In this document: in pieces, positions 1-15,000 of the stretch
How the letters are laid out: every line of letters starts with the position of its first letter
How positions within the stretch are numbered: the first letter of the stretch is position 1
NCBI GenBank assembly: GCA_964016885.1
Contig: OZ024743.1
Location: forward strand, 257,114,001 to 257,178,000
Source: Eledone cirrhosa
Taxonomy: Eukaryota
DNA: 64,000 nucleotides
Reading direction: 5' to 3'
Made by a program: the position numbers and the translations under genes
The notes under the pieces: generated by a model
What the model was told of the DNA's origin: nothing
What the model saw: only the letters and a program-made list of their open reading frames with translations
Database searches by the model: none

Positions 1-3000
1 ACTCGATGTTTAGGTTCACGTCAGTATCGAGGTGTAGAGCCAGACAGAGTGTAATATAATAATACAAGGATCAGGTGAGCACTCGATGTTTGGGTTCACG
101 TCAGTATCGAGGTGTAGAGCCAGACAGAGTGTAATATAATAATACAAGGATCAGCTGAGCACTCGATGTTTAGGTTCACGTCAGTATCAAGGTGTAGAGC
201 CAGACAGAGTGTAATATAATAATACAAGGATCAGCTGAGCACTCGATGTTTAGGTTCACGTCAGTATCGAGGTGTAGAGCCAGACAGAGTGTAATATAAT
301 AATACAAGGATCAGCTGAGCACTCGATGTTTAGGTTCACGTCAGTATCGTGGTGTAGAGCCAAAGAGAGTGTAATACAAGGATCAGGTGAGCACTCGATG
401 TTTAGGTTCACGTCAGTATCGAGGTGTAGAGCCAGACAGAGTGTAATATAATAATACACGGATCAGGTGAGCACTCGATGTTTAGGTTCACGTCAGTATC
501 AAGGTGTAGAGCCAGACAGAGTGTAATATAATAATACAAGGATCAGGTGAGCACTCGATGTTTAGGTTCACGTCAGTATCAAGCTGTAGAGCCAGAGAGA
601 GTGTAATACAAGGATCAGGTGAGCACTCGATGTTTAGGTTCACGTCAGTATCAAGGAGTAGAGTCAGACAGAGTGTAATACAAGGATCAGGTGAGCACTC
701 GATGTTTAGGTTCACGTCAGTATCAAGGTGTAGAGCCAGACAGAGTGTAATATAATAATTCAAGGATCAGGTGAGCACTCGATGTTTAGGTTCACGTCAG
801 TATCAAGGTGTAGAGCCAGACAGAGTGTAATATAATAATACAAGGATCAGCTAAGCACACGATGTTTAGGTTCACGTCAGTATCAAGGTGTAGAGCCAGA
901 CAGAGTGTAATATAATAATACAAGGATCAGCTAAGCACACGATGTTTAGGTTCACGTCAGTATCAAGGTGTAGAGCCAGACAGAGTGTAATATAATAATA
1001 CAAGGATCAGCTGAGCACTCGATGTTTAGGTTCACGTCAGTATCAAGGTGTAGAGCCAGACAGAGTGTAATATAATAATACAAGAATCAGGTGAGCACTC
1101 GATGTTTAGGTTCACGTCAGTATCAAGGTGTAGAGCCAGACAGAGTGTAATATAATAATTCAAGGATCAGGTGAGCACTCGATGTTTAGGTTCACGTCAG
1201 TATCAAGGTGTAGAGCCAGACAGAGTGTAATATAATAATTCAAGGATCAGGTGAGCACTCGATGTTTAGGTTCACGTCAGTATCAAGGTGTAGAGCCAGA
1301 CAGAGTGTAATATAATAATTCAAGGATCAGGTGAGCACTCGATGTTTAGGTTCACGTCAGTATCAAGGTGTAGAGCCAGACAGAGTGTAATATAATAATA
1401 CAAGGATCAGGTGAGCACTCGATGTTTAGGTTCACGTCAGTATCAAGGTGTAGAGCCAGACAGAGTGTAATATAATAATACAAGAATCAGGCGAGCACTC
1501 GATGTTTAGGTTCACGTCAGTTTCAAGGTGTAGAGCAAGACATAGTGTAATATAATAATACAAGGATCAGGTGAGCACTCGATGTTTAGGTTCACGTCAG
1601 TATCGAGGTGTAGAGCCAGACATAGTGTAATATAATAATACAAGAATCAGGTGAGCACTCGATGTTTAGGTTCACGTCAGTTTCAAGGTGTAGAGCAAGA
1701 CAGAGTGTAATATAATAATACAAGGATCAGGTGAGCACTCGATGTTTAGGTTCACGTCAGTATCGAGGTGTAGAGCCAGACAGAGTGTAATATAATAATA
1801 CAAGGATCAGGTGAGCACTCGATGTTTAGGTTCACGTCAGTTTCAAGGTGTAGAGCAAGACAGAGTGTAATATAATAATACAAGAATCAGGTGAGCACTC
1901 GATGTTTAGGTTCACGTCAGTATCAAGGTGTAGAGCCAGACAGAGTGTAATATAATAATACAAGGATCAGCTGAGCACTCGATGTTTAGGTTCACGTCAG
2001 TATCAAGGTGTAGAGCCAGACAGAGTGTAATATAATAATACAAGGATCTGGTGAGCACTCGATGTTTAGGTTCACGTCAGTATCAAGGTGTAGAGCCAGA
2101 CAGAGTGTAATATAATAATACAAGGATCAGCTAAGCACACGATGTTTAGGTTCACGTCAGTATCAAGGTGTAGAGCCAGACAGAGTGTAATATAATAATA
2201 CAAGGATCAGCTGAGCACTCGATGTTTAGGTTCACGTCAGTATCGAGGTGTAGAGCCAGACAGAGTGTAATATAATAATACAAGGATCAGGTGAGCACTC
2301 GATGTTTAGGTTCTCGTCAGTATCAAGGTGTAGAGCCAGACAGAGTGTAATATAATAATACAAGGATCAGGTGAGCACTCGATGTTTAGGTTCTCGTCAG
2401 TATCAAGGTGTAGAGCCAGACAGAGTGTAATATAATAATACAAGGATCAGCTGAGCACTCGATGTTTAGGTTCACGTCAGTATCGAGGTGTAGAGCCAGA
2501 CAGAGTGTAATATAATAATACAAGGATCAGGTGAGCACTCGATGTTTAGGTTCACGTCAGTATCGAGGTGTAGAGCCAGACAGAGTGTAATTTAATAATA
2601 CAAGGATCAGCTGAGCACTCGATGTTTAGGTTCACGTCAGTATCAAGGTGTAGAGCCAGACAGAGTGTAATATAATAATACAAGGATCAGCTGAGCACTC
2701 GATGTTTAGGTTCACGTCAGTATCGAGGTGTAGAGCCAGACAGAGTGTAATATAATAATACAAGGATCAGCTGAGCACTCGATGTTTAGGTTCACGTCAG
2801 TATCGTGGTGTAGAGCCAGAGAGAGTGTAATACAAGGATCAGGTGAGCACTCGATGTTTAGGTTCACGTCAGAATCGAGGTGTAGAGCCAGACAGAGTGT
2901 AATATAATAATACACGGATCAGGTGAGCACTCGATGTTTAGGTTCACGTCAGTATCAAGGTGTAGAGCCAGACAGAGTGTAATATAATAATACAAGGATC

Positions 3001-6000
3001 AGGTGAGCACTCGATGTTTAGGTTCACGTCAGTATCAAGCTGTAGAGCCAGAGAGAGTGTAATACAAGGATCAGGTGAGCACTCGATGTTTAGGTTCACG
3101 TCAGTATCAAGGAGTAGAGTCAGACAGAGTGTAATACAAGGATCAGGTGAGCACTCGATGTTTAGGTTCACGTCAGTATCAAGGTGTAGAGCCAGACAGA
3201 GTGTAATATAATAATTCAAGGATCAGGTGAGCACTCGATGTTTAGGTTCACGTCAGTATCAAGGTTTAGAGCCAGACAGAGTGTAATATAATAATTCAAG
3301 GATCAGGTGAGCACTCGATGTTTAGGTTCACGTCAGTATCAAGGTGTAGAGCCAGACAGAGTGTAATATAATAATTCAAGGATCAGGTGAGCACTCGATG
3401 TTTAGGTTCACGTCAGTATCAAGGTGTAGAGCCAGACAGAGTGTAATATAATAATACAAGGATCAGGTGATCACTCGATGTTTAGGTTCACGTCAGTATC
3501 AAGGTGTAGAGCCAGACAGAGTGTAATATAATAATACAAGAATCAGGTGAGCACTCGATGTTTAGGTTCACGTCAGTTTCAAGGTGTAGAGCAAGACATA
3601 GTGTAATATAATAATACAAGGATCAGGTGAGCACTCGATGTTTAGGTTCACGTCAGTATCGAGGTGTAGAGCCAGACAGAGTGTAATATAATAATACAAG
3701 GATCAGGTGAGCACTCGATGTTTAGGTTCACGTCAGTATCGAGGTGTAGAGCCAGACAGAGTGTAATATAATAATACAAGAATCAGGTGAGCACTCGATG
3801 TTTAGGTTCACGTCAGTTTCAAGGTGTAGAGCAAGACAGAGTGTAATATAATAATACAAGGATCAGGTGAGCACTCGATGTTTAGGTTCACGTCAGTATC
3901 GAGGTGTAGAGCCAGACAGAGTGTAATATAATAATACAAGGATCAGGTGAGCACTCGATGTTTAGGTTCACGTCAGTTTCAAGGTGTAGAGCAAGACAGA
4001 GTGTAATATAATAATACAAGAATCAGGTGAGCACTCGATGTTTAGGTTCACGTCAGTATCAAGGTGTAGAGCCACACAGAGTGTAATATAATAATACAAG
4101 GATCAGCTAATCACACGATGTTTAGGTTCACGTCAGTTTCAAGGTGTAGAGCCAGACAGAGTGTAATATAATAATACAAGTATCAGGTGAGCACTCGATG
4201 TTTAGGTTCTCGTCAGTATCAAGGTGTAGAGCCAGACAGAGTGTAATATAGTAATACAAGGATCAGCTAAGCACACGATGTTTAGGTTCACGTCAGTTTC
4301 AAGGTGTAGAGCCAGACAGAGTGTAATATAATAATAGAAGGATCAGGTGAGCACTCGATGTTTAGGTTCACGTCAGTATCGTGGTGTAGAGCCAGAGAGA
4401 GTGTAATACAAGGATCAGGTGAGCACTCGATGTTTAGGTTCACGTCAGTATCAAGGAGTAGAGCCAGACAGAGTGTAATACAAGGATCAGGTGAGCACTC
4501 GATGTTTAGGTTCACGTCAGTATCGAGGTGTATAGGGAGACAGAGTGTAATATAATAATACACGGATCAGGTGAGCACTCGATGTTTAGGTTCACGTCAG
4601 TATCAAGGTGTAAAGCCAGACAGAGTGTAATATAATAATACAAGGATCAGGTGAGCACTCGATGTTTAGGTTCACGTCAGTATCAAGCTGTAGAGCCAGA
4701 GAGAGTGTAATACAAGGATCAGGTGAGCACTCGATGTTTAGGTTCACGTCAGTATCGAGGTGTAGAGCCAGACAAAGTGTAATATAATAATACGAGGATC
4801 AGGTGAGCACTCGATGTTTAGGTTCACGTCAGTATCAAGGTGTAGAGCCAGACAGAGTGTAATATAATAATACAAGGATCAGGTGAGCACTCGATGTTTA
4901 GGTTCACGTCAGTATCAAGGTGTAGAGCCAGACAGAGTGTAATATAATAATACAAGGATCAGCTAAGCACACGATGTTTAGGTTCACGTCAGTATCAAGG
5001 TGTAGAGCCAGACAGAGTGTAATATAATAATACAAGGATCAGCTGAGCACTCGATGTTTAGGTTCACGTCAGTATCAAGGTGTAGAGCCAGACAGAGTGT
5101 AATATAATAATACAAGGATCAGGTGAGCACTCGATGTTTAGGTTCACGTCAGTATCAAGGTGTAGAGCCAGACAGAGTGTAATATAATAATACAAGGATC
5201 AGCTAAGCACACGATGTTTAGGTTCACGTCAGTATCAAGGTGTAGAGCCAGACAGAGTGTAATATAATAATACAAGGATCAGGTGATCACTCGATGTTTA
5301 GGTTCACGTCAGTATCAAGGTGTAGAGCCAGACAGAGTGTAATATAATAATACAAGAATCAGGTGAGCACTCGATGTTTAGGTTCACGTCAGTTTCAAGG
5401 TGTAGAGCAAGACATAGTGTAATATAATAATACAAGGATCAGGTGAGCACTCGATGTTTAGGTTCACGTCAGTATCGAGGTGTAGAGCCAGACAGAGTGT
5501 AATATAATAATACAAGGATCAGGTGAGCACTCGATGTTTAGGTTCACGTCAGTATCGAGGTGTAGAGCCAGACAGAGTGTAATATAATAATACAAGAATC
5601 AGGTGAGCACTCGATGTTTAGGTTCACGTCAGTTTCAAGGTGTAGAGCAAGACAGAGTGTAATATAATAATACAAGGATCAGGTGAGCACTCGATGTTTA
5701 GGTTCACGTCAGTATCGAGGTGTAGAGCCAGACAGAGTGTAATATAATAATACAAGGATCAGGTGAGCACTCGATGTTTAGGTTCACGTCAGTTTCAAGG
5801 TGTAGAGCAAGACAGAGTGTAATATAATAATACAAGAATCAGGTGAGCACTCGATGTTTGGGTTCACGTCAGTATCAAGGTGTAGAGCCACACAGAGTGT
5901 AATATAATAATACAAGGATCAGCTAATCACACGATGTTTAGGTTCACGTCAGTTTCAAGGTGTAGAGCCAGACAGAGTGTAATATAATAATACAAGGATC

Positions 6001-9000
6001 AGGTGAGCACTCGATGTTTAGGTTCTCGTCAGTATCAAGGTGTAGAGCCAGACAGAGTGTAATATAGTAATACAAGGATCAGCTAAGCACACGATGTTTA
6101 GGTTCACGTCAGTTTCAAGGTGTAGAGCCAGACAGAGTGTAATATAATAATAGAAGGATCAGGTGAGCACTCGATGTTTAGGTTCACGTCAGTATCGTGG
6201 TGTAGAGCCAGAGAGAGTGTAATACAAGGATCAGGTGAGCACTCGATGTTTAGGTTCACGTCAGTATCAAGGAGTAGAGCCAGACAGAGTGTAATACAAG
6301 GAACAGGTGAGCACTCGATGTTTAGGTTCACGTCAGTATCGAGGTGTAGAGGGAGACAGAGTGTAATATAATAATACACGGATCAGGTGAGCACTCGATG
6401 TTTAGGTTCACGTCAGTATCAAGGTGTAGAGCCAGACAGAGTGTAATATAATAATACAAGGATCAGGTGAGCACTCGATGTTTAGGTTCACGTCAGTATC
6501 AAGCTGTAGAGCCAGAGAGAGTGTAATACAAGGATCAGGTGAGCACTCGATGTTTAGGTTCACGTCAGTATCGAGGTGTAGAGCCAGACAAAGTGTAATA
6601 TAATAATACGAGGATCAGGTGAGCACTCGATGTTTAGGTTCACGTCAGTATCAAGGTGTAGAGCCAGACAGAGTGTAATATAATAATTCAAGGATCAGGT
6701 GAGCACTCGATGTTTAGGTTCACGTCAGTATCAAGGTGTAGAGCCAGACAGAGTGTAATATAATAATACAAGGATCAGGTGAGCACTCGATGTTTAGGTT
6801 CACGTCAGTATCAAGGTGTAGAGCCAGACAGAGTGTAATATAATAATACAAGGATCAGCTAAGCACACGATGTTTAGGTTCACGTCAGTATCAAGGTGTA
6901 GAGCCAGACAGAGTGTAATATAATAATACAAGGATCAGCTGAGCACTCGATGTTTAGGTTCACGTCAGTATCAAGGTGTAGAGCCAGACAGAGTGTAATA
7001 TAATAATACAAGGATCAGGTGAGCACTCGATGTTTAGGTTCACGTCAGTATCAAGGTGTAGAGCCAGACAGAGTGTAATATAATAATACAAGGATCAGCT
7101 AAGCACACGATGTTTAGGTTCACGTCAGTATCAAGGTGTAGAGCCAGACAGAGTGTAATATAATAATACAAGGATCAGCTAAGCACACGATGTTTAGGTT
7201 CACGTCAGTATCAAGGTGTAGAGCCAGACAGAGTGTAATATAATAATACAAGGATCAGGTGAGCACTCGATGTTTAGGTTCACGTCAGTATCAAGGTGTA
7301 GAGCCAGACAGAGTGTAATATAATAATACAAGGATCAGCTAAGCACACGATGTTTAGGTTCACGTCAGTATCAAGGTGTAGAGCCAGACAGAGTGTAATA
7401 TAATAATACAAGGATCAGCTGAGCACTCGATGTTTAGGTTCACGTCAGTATCAAGGTGTAGAGCCAGACAGAGTGTAATATAATAATACAAGGATCAGGT
7501 GAGCACTCGATGTTTAGGTTCACGTCAGTACCAAGGTGTAGAGCCAGACAGAGTGTAATATAATAATACAAGGATCAGCTAAGCACACGATGTTTAGGTT
7601 CACGTCAGTATCAAGGTGTAGAGCCAGACAGAGTGTAATATAATAATACAAGGATCAGCTAAGCACACGATGTTTAGGTTCACGTCAGTATCAAGGTGTA
7701 GAGCCAGACAGAGTGTAATATAATAATACAAGGATCAGCTGAGCACTCGATGTTTAGGTTCACGTCAGTATCAAGGTGTAGAGCCAGACAGAGTGTAATA
7801 TAATAATACAAGAATCAGGTGAGCACTCGATGTTTAGGTTCACGTCAGTATCAAGGTGTAGAGCCAGACAGAGTGTAATATAATAATTCAAGGATCAGGT
7901 GAGCACTCGATGTTTAGGTTCACGTCAGTATCAAGGTGTAGAGCCAGACAGAGTGTAATATAATAATTCAAGGATCAGGTGAGCACTCGATGTTTAGGTT
8001 CACGTCAGTATCAAGGTGTAGAGCCAGACAGAGTGTAATATAATAATTCAAGGATCAGGTGAGCACTCGATGTTTAGGTTCACGTCAGTATCAAGGTGTA
8101 GAGCCAGACAGAGTGTAATATAATAATACAAGGATCAGGTGAGCACTCGATGTTTAGGTTCACGTCAGTATCAAGGTGTAGAGCCAGACAGAGTGTAATA
8201 TAATAATACAAGAATCAGGCGAGCACTCGATGTTTAGGTTCACGTCAGTTTCAAGGTGTAGAGCAAGACATAGTGTAATATAATAATACAAGGATCAGGT
8301 GAGCACTCGATGTTTAGGTTCACGTCAGTATCGAGGTGTAGAGCCAGACAGAGTGTAATATAATAATACAAGGATCAGGTGAGCACTCGATGTTTAGGTT
8401 CACGTCAGTATCGAGGTGTAGAGCCAGACAGAGTGTAATATAATAATACAAGAATCAGGTGAGCACTCGATGTTTAGGTTCACGTCAGTTTCAAGGTGTA
8501 GAGCAAGACAGAGTGTAATATAATAATACAAGGATCAGGTGAGCACTCGATGTTTAGGTTCACGTCAGTATCGAGGTGTAGAGCCAGACAGAGTGTAATA
8601 TAATAATACAAGGATCAGGTGAGCACTCGATGTTTAGGTTCACGTCAGTTTCAAGGTGTAGAGCAAGACAGAGTGTAATATAATAATACAAGAATCAGGT
8701 GAGCACTCGATGTTTAGGTTCACGTCAGTATCAAGGTGTAGAGCCACACAGAGTGTAATATAATAATACAAGGATCAGCTAATCACACGATGTTTAGGTT
8801 CACGTCAGTTTCAAGGTGTAGAGCCAGACAGAGTGTAATATAATAATACAAGGATCAGGTGAGCACTCGATGTTTAGGTTCTCGTCAGTATCAAGGTGTA
8901 GAGCCAGACAGAGTGTAATATAGTAATACAAGGATCAGCTAAGCACACGATGTTTAGGTTCACGTCAGTTTCAAGGTGTAGAGCCAGACAGAGTGTAATA

Positions 9001-12000
9001 TAATAATACAAGGATCAGGTGAGCACTCGATGTTTAGGTTCACGTCACTATCGTGGTGTAGAGCCAGAGAGAGTGTAATACAAGGATCAGGTGAGCACTC
9101 GATGTTTAGGTTCACGTCAGTATCAAGGAGTAGAGCCAGACAGAGTGTAATACAAGGATCAGGTGAGCACTCGATGTTTAGGTTCACGTCAGTATCGAGG
9201 TGTAGAGCCAGACAGAGTGTAATATAATAATACACGGATCAGGTGAGCACTCGATGTTTAGGTTCACGTCAGTATCAAGGTGTAGAGCCAGACAGAGTGT
9301 AATATAATAATACAAGGATCAGGTGAGCACTCGATGTTTAGGTTCACGTCAGTATCAAGCTGTAGATCCAGAGAGAGTGTAATACAAGGATCAGGTGAGC
9401 ACTCGATGTTTAGGTTCACGTCAGTATCGAGGTGTAGAGCCAGACAGAGTGTAATATAATAATACTAGGATCAGGTGAGCACTCGATGTTTAGGTTCACG
9501 TCAGTATCAAGGTGTAGAGCCAGACAGAGTGTAATATAATAATTCAAGGATCAGGTGAGCGCTCGATGTTTAGGTTCACGTCAGTATCAAGGTGTAGAGC
9601 CAGACAGAGTGTAATATAATAATACAAGGATCAGGTGAGCACTCGATGTTTAGGTTCACGTCAGTATCAAGGTGTAGAGCCAGACAGAGTGTAATATAAT
9701 AATACAAGGATCAGCTAAGCACACGATGTTTAGGTTCACGTCAGTATCAAGGTGTAGAGCCAGACAGAGTGTAATATAATAATACAAGGATCAGCTGAGC
9801 ACTCGATGTTTAGGTTCACGTCAGTATCAAGGTGTAGAGCCAGACAGAGTGTAATATAATAATACAAGGATCAGGTGAGCACTCGATGTTTAGGTTCACG
9901 TCAGTATCAAGGTGTAGAGCCAGACAGAGTGTAATATAATAATACAAGGATCAGCTAAGCACACAATGTTTAGGTTCACGTCAGTATCAAGGTGTAGAGC
10001 CAGACAGAGTGTAATATAATAATACAAGGATCAGCTAAGCACACGATGTTTAGGTTCACGTCAGTATCAAGGTGTAGAGCCAGACAGAGTGTAATATAAT
10101 AATACAAGGATCAGCTGAGCACTCGATGTTTAGGTTCACGTCAGTATCAAGGTGTAGAGCCAGACAGAGTGTAATATAATAATACAAGAATCAGGTGAGC
10201 ACTCGATGTTTAGGTTCACGTCAGTATCAAGGTGTAGAGCCAGACAGAGTGTAATATAATAATACAAGGATCAGCTGAGCACACGATGTTTAGGTTCACG
10301 TCAGTATCGAGGTGTAGAGCCAGACAGAGTGTAATATAATAATACAAGGATCAGCTGAGCACACGATGTTTAGGTTCACGTCAGTATCGAGGTGTAGAGC
10401 CAGACAGAGTGTAATATAATAACACAAGGATCAGCTGAGCACTCGATGTTTAGGTTCTCGTCAGTATCAAGGTGTAGAGCCAGACAGAGTGTAATATAAT
10501 AATAAAAGGATCAGCTGAGCACTCGATGTTTAGGTTCACGTCAGTATCAAGGTGTAGAGCCAGACAGAGTGTAATATAATAATACAAGGATCAGGTGAGC
10601 ACTCGATGTTTAGGTTCACGTCAGTATCAAGGTGTAGAGCCAGACAGAGTGTAATATAATAATACAAGGATCAGCTGAGAACTCGATGTTTAGGTTCACG
10701 TCAGTATCGAGGTGTAGAGCCAGACAGAGTGTAATATAATAATACAAGGATCAGGTGAGCACTCGATGTTTAGGTTCTCGTCAGTATCAAGGTGTAGAGC
10801 CAGACAGAGTGTAATATAATAATACAAGGATCAGCTGAGCACACGATGTTTAGGTTCACGTCAGTATCGAGGTGTAGAGCCAGACAGAGTGTAATATAAT
10901 AATACAAGGATCAGCTGAGCACACGATGTTTAGGTTCACGTCAGTATCGAGGTGTAGAGCCAGACAGAGTGTAATATAATAATACAAGGATCAGCTGAGC
11001 ACTCGATGTTTAGGTTCTCGTCAGTATCAAGGTGTAGAGCCAGACAGAGTGTAATATAATAATAAAAGGATCAGCTGAGCACTCGATGTTTAGGTTCACG
11101 TCAGTATCAAGGTGTAGAGCCAGACAGAGTGTAATATAATAATACAAGGATCAGGTGAGCACTCGATGTTTAGGTTCACGTCAGTATCAAGGTGTAGAGC
11201 CAGACAGAGTGTAATATAATAATACAAGGATCAGGTGAGCACTCGATGTTTAGGTTCACGTCAGTATCGAGGTGTAGAGCCAGACAGAGTGTAATATAAT
11301 AATACAAGGATCAGGTGACCACTCGATGTTTAGGTTCACGTCAGTATCAAGGTGTAGAGCGAGACAGAGTGTAATATAATAATAAAAGGATCAGCTGAGC
11401 ACTCGATGTTTAGGTTCACGTCAGTATCGAGGTGTAGAGCCAGACAGAGTGTAATATAATAATACAAGGATCAGGTGAGCACTCGATGTTTAGGTTCTCG
11501 TCAGTATCAAGGTGTAGAGCCAGACAGAGTGTAATATAATAATACAAGGATCAGGTGAGCACTCGATGTTTAGGTTCTCGTCAGTATCAAGGTGTAGAGC
11601 CAGACAGAGTGTAATATAATAATACAAGGATCAGCTGAGCACTCGATGTTTAGGTTCACGTCAGTATCGAGGTGTAGAGCCAGACAGAGTGTAATATAAT
11701 AATACAAGGGTCAGGTGAGCACTCGATGTTTAGGTTCTCGTCAGTATCAAGGTGTAGAGCCAGACAGAGTGTAATATAATAATACAAGGATCAGCTGAGC
11801 ACTCGATGTTTAGGTACACCTTAGTATCGAGGTGTAGAGCCAGACAGAGTGTAATATAATAATACAAGGATCAGGTGAGCACTCGATGTCTAGGTACACG
11901 TCAGTATCAAGGTGTAGAGCCAGACAGAGTGTAATATAATAATAAAAGGATCAGCTGAGCACACGATGTTTAGGTTCACGTCAGTTTCAAGGTGTAGAGC

Positions 12001-15000
12001 CAGACAGAGTGTAATATAATAATACAAGGATCAGGTGAGCACTCGATGTTTAGGTTCTCGTCAGTATCAAGGTGTAGAGCCAGACAGAGTGTAATATAGT
12101 AATACAAGGATCAGCTGAGCACTCGATGTTTAGGTTCACGTCAGTATCAAGGTATAGAGCCAGACAGAGTGTAATATAATAATACAAGGATCAGCTGAGC
12201 AATCGATGTTTAGGTACACGTTAGTATCGAGGTGTAGAGCCAGACAGAGTGTAATATAATAATACAAGGATCAGGTGAGCACTCGATGTTTAGGTTCACG
12301 TCAGTATCAAGGTGTAGAGCAAGACAGAGTGTAATATAATAATAAAAGGATCAGCTGAGCACTCGATGTTTAGGTTCACGTCAGTATCAAGGTGTAGAGC
12401 AAGACAGAGTGTAATATAATAATACAAGGATCAGGTGAGCACTCGATGATTAGGTTCACGTCAGTATCAAGGTGTAGAGCAAGACATAGTGTAATATAAT
12501 AATAAAAGGATCAGCTGAGCACTCGATGTTTAGGTTCACGTCAGTATCAAGGTGTAGAGCCAGACAGAGTGTAATATAATAATACAAGGATCAGGTGAGC
12601 ACTCGATGTTTAGGTTCACGTCAGTATCAAGGTGTAGAGCAAGACAGAGTGTAATATAATAATACAAGGATCAGGTGAGCACTCGATGTTTAGGTTCACG
12701 TCAGTATCAAGGTGTAGAGCAAGACAGAGTGTAATATAATAATACAAGGATCAGGTGAGCACTCGATGTTTAGGTTCACGTCAGTATCAAGGTGTAGAGC
12801 CAGACAGAGTGTAATATAATAATACAAGGATCAGGTGAGCACTCGATGTTTAGGTTCACGTCAGTATCAAGGTGTAGAGCCAGACAGAGTGTAATATAAT
12901 AATACAAGGATCAGGTGAGCACTCGATGTTTAGGTTCACGTCAGTATCGAGGTGTAGAGCCAGACAGAGTGTAATATAATAATACAAGGATCAGGTGAGC
13001 ACTCGATGTTTAGGTTCACGTCAGTATCAAGGTGTAGAGCCAGACAGAGTGTAATATAATAATACAAGGATCAGCTGAGCACTCGATGTTTAGGTTCACG
13101 TCAGTATCAAGGTGTAGAGCCAGACAGAGTGTAATATAATAATACAAGGATCAGGTGAGCACTCGATGTTTAGGTTCACGTCAGTATCAAGGTGTAGAGC
13201 CAGACAGAGTGTAATATAATAATACAAGGATCAGGTGAGCACTCGACGTTTAGGTTTCTCGTCAGTATCAAGGTGTAGAGCCAGACAGAGTGTAATGTAA
13301 TAATACAAGGATCAGGTGAGCACTCGATGTTTAGGTTCTCGTCAGTATCAAGGTGTAGAGCCAGACAGAGTGTAATATAATAATACAAGGATCAGCTGAG
13401 CACTCGATGTTTAGGTTCACGTCAGTATCGAGGTGTAGAGCCAGACAGAGTGTAATATAATAATACAAGGATCAGGTGAGCACTCGATGTTTAGGTTCTC
13501 GTCAGTATCAAGGTGTAGAGCCAGACAGAGTGTAATATAACAATACAAGGATCAGGTGAGCACTCGATGTTTAGGTTCACGTCAGTATCAAGGTGTAGAG
13601 CCAGATAGAGTGTAATATAATAATACAAGGATCAGGTGAGCAGTCGATGTTTAGGTTCACGTCAGTATCAAGGTGTAGAGCCAGACAGAGTGTACTATAA
13701 TAATACAAGGATCAGGTGAGCACTCGATGTTTAGGTTCTCGTCAGTATCAAGGTGTAGATCCAGACAGAGTGTAATATAATAATACAAGGATCAGGTGAG
13801 CACTCGATGTTTAGGTTCACGTCAGTATCAAGGAGTAGAGCCAGACAGAGTGTAATACAAGGATCAGGTGAGCACTCGATGTTTAGGTTCTCGTCAGTAT
13901 CAAGGTGTAGAGCCAGACAGAGTGTAATATAATAATACAAGGATCAGCTAAGCACTCGATGTTTAGGTTCACGTCAGTATCAAGGTGTAGAGCCAGACAG
14001 AGTGTACTATAATAATACAAGGATCAGGTGAGCACTCGATGTTTAGGTTCACGTTAGTATCGAGGTGTAGAGCCAGACAGAGTGTAATATAATAATACAA
14101 GGATCAGGTGAGCACTCGATGTTTAGGTTCACGTCAGTATCAAGGTGTAGAGCAAGACAGAGTGTAATATAATAATACAAGGATCAGGTGAGCACTCGAT
14201 GTTTAGGTTCACGTCAGTATCAAGGAGTAGAGCCAGACAGAGTGTAATACAAGGATCAGGTGAGCACTCGATGTTTAGGTTCACGTCAGTATCAAGGTGT
14301 AGAGCCAGAGAGAGTGTAATACAAGGATCAGGTGAGCACTCGATGTTTAGGTTCACGTCAGTATCAAGGAGTAGAGCCAGACAGAGTGTAATACAAGGAT
14401 CAGGTGAGCACTCGATGTTTAGGTTCACGTCAGTATCAAGGTGTAGAGCCAGACAGAGTGTACTATAATAATACAAGGATCAGGTGAGCACTCGATGTTT
14501 AGGTTCTCGTCAGTATCAAGGTGTAGATCCAGACAGAGTGTAATATAATAATACAAGGATCAGGTGAGCACTCGATGTTTAGGTTCACGTCAGTATCAAG
14601 GAGTAGAGCCAGACAGAGTGTAATACAAGGATCAGGTGAGCACTCGATGTTTAGGTTCTCGTCAGTATCAAGGTGTAGATCCAGACAGAGTGTAATATAA
14701 TAATACAAGGATCAGGTGAGCACTCGATGTTTAGGTTCACGTCAGTATCAAGGAGTAGAGCCAGACAGAGTGTAATACAAGGATCAGGTGAGCACTCGAT
14801 GTTTAGGTTCTCGTCAGTATCAAGGTGTAGATCCAGACAGAGTGTAATATAATAATACAAGGATCAGCTGAGCACACGATGTTTAGGTTCACGTCAGTAT
14901 CGAGCTGTAGAGCCAGACAGAGTGTAATATAATAATACAAGGATCAGCTGAGCACTCGATGTTTAGGTTCTCGTCAGTATCAAGGTGTAGAGCCAGACAG

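Noticed and set aside
775-860. Satellite as a tRNA or C/D snoRNA array (GTTCACGTC B-box-like; CTGA on minus strand)
   Set aside because: No cloverleaf, no proper A-box spacing, and no RTGATGA C box.
13244-13266. Satellite monomer as a hammerhead (minus strand CTGACGAG-aac-CTAAACATC, or CTAAACGTC in the 81-bp variant)
   Set aside because: G12 is T in every unit, A9 is present only in the minority ttctcg variant, and no stem I abuts the core; the resemblance is probably coincidental.
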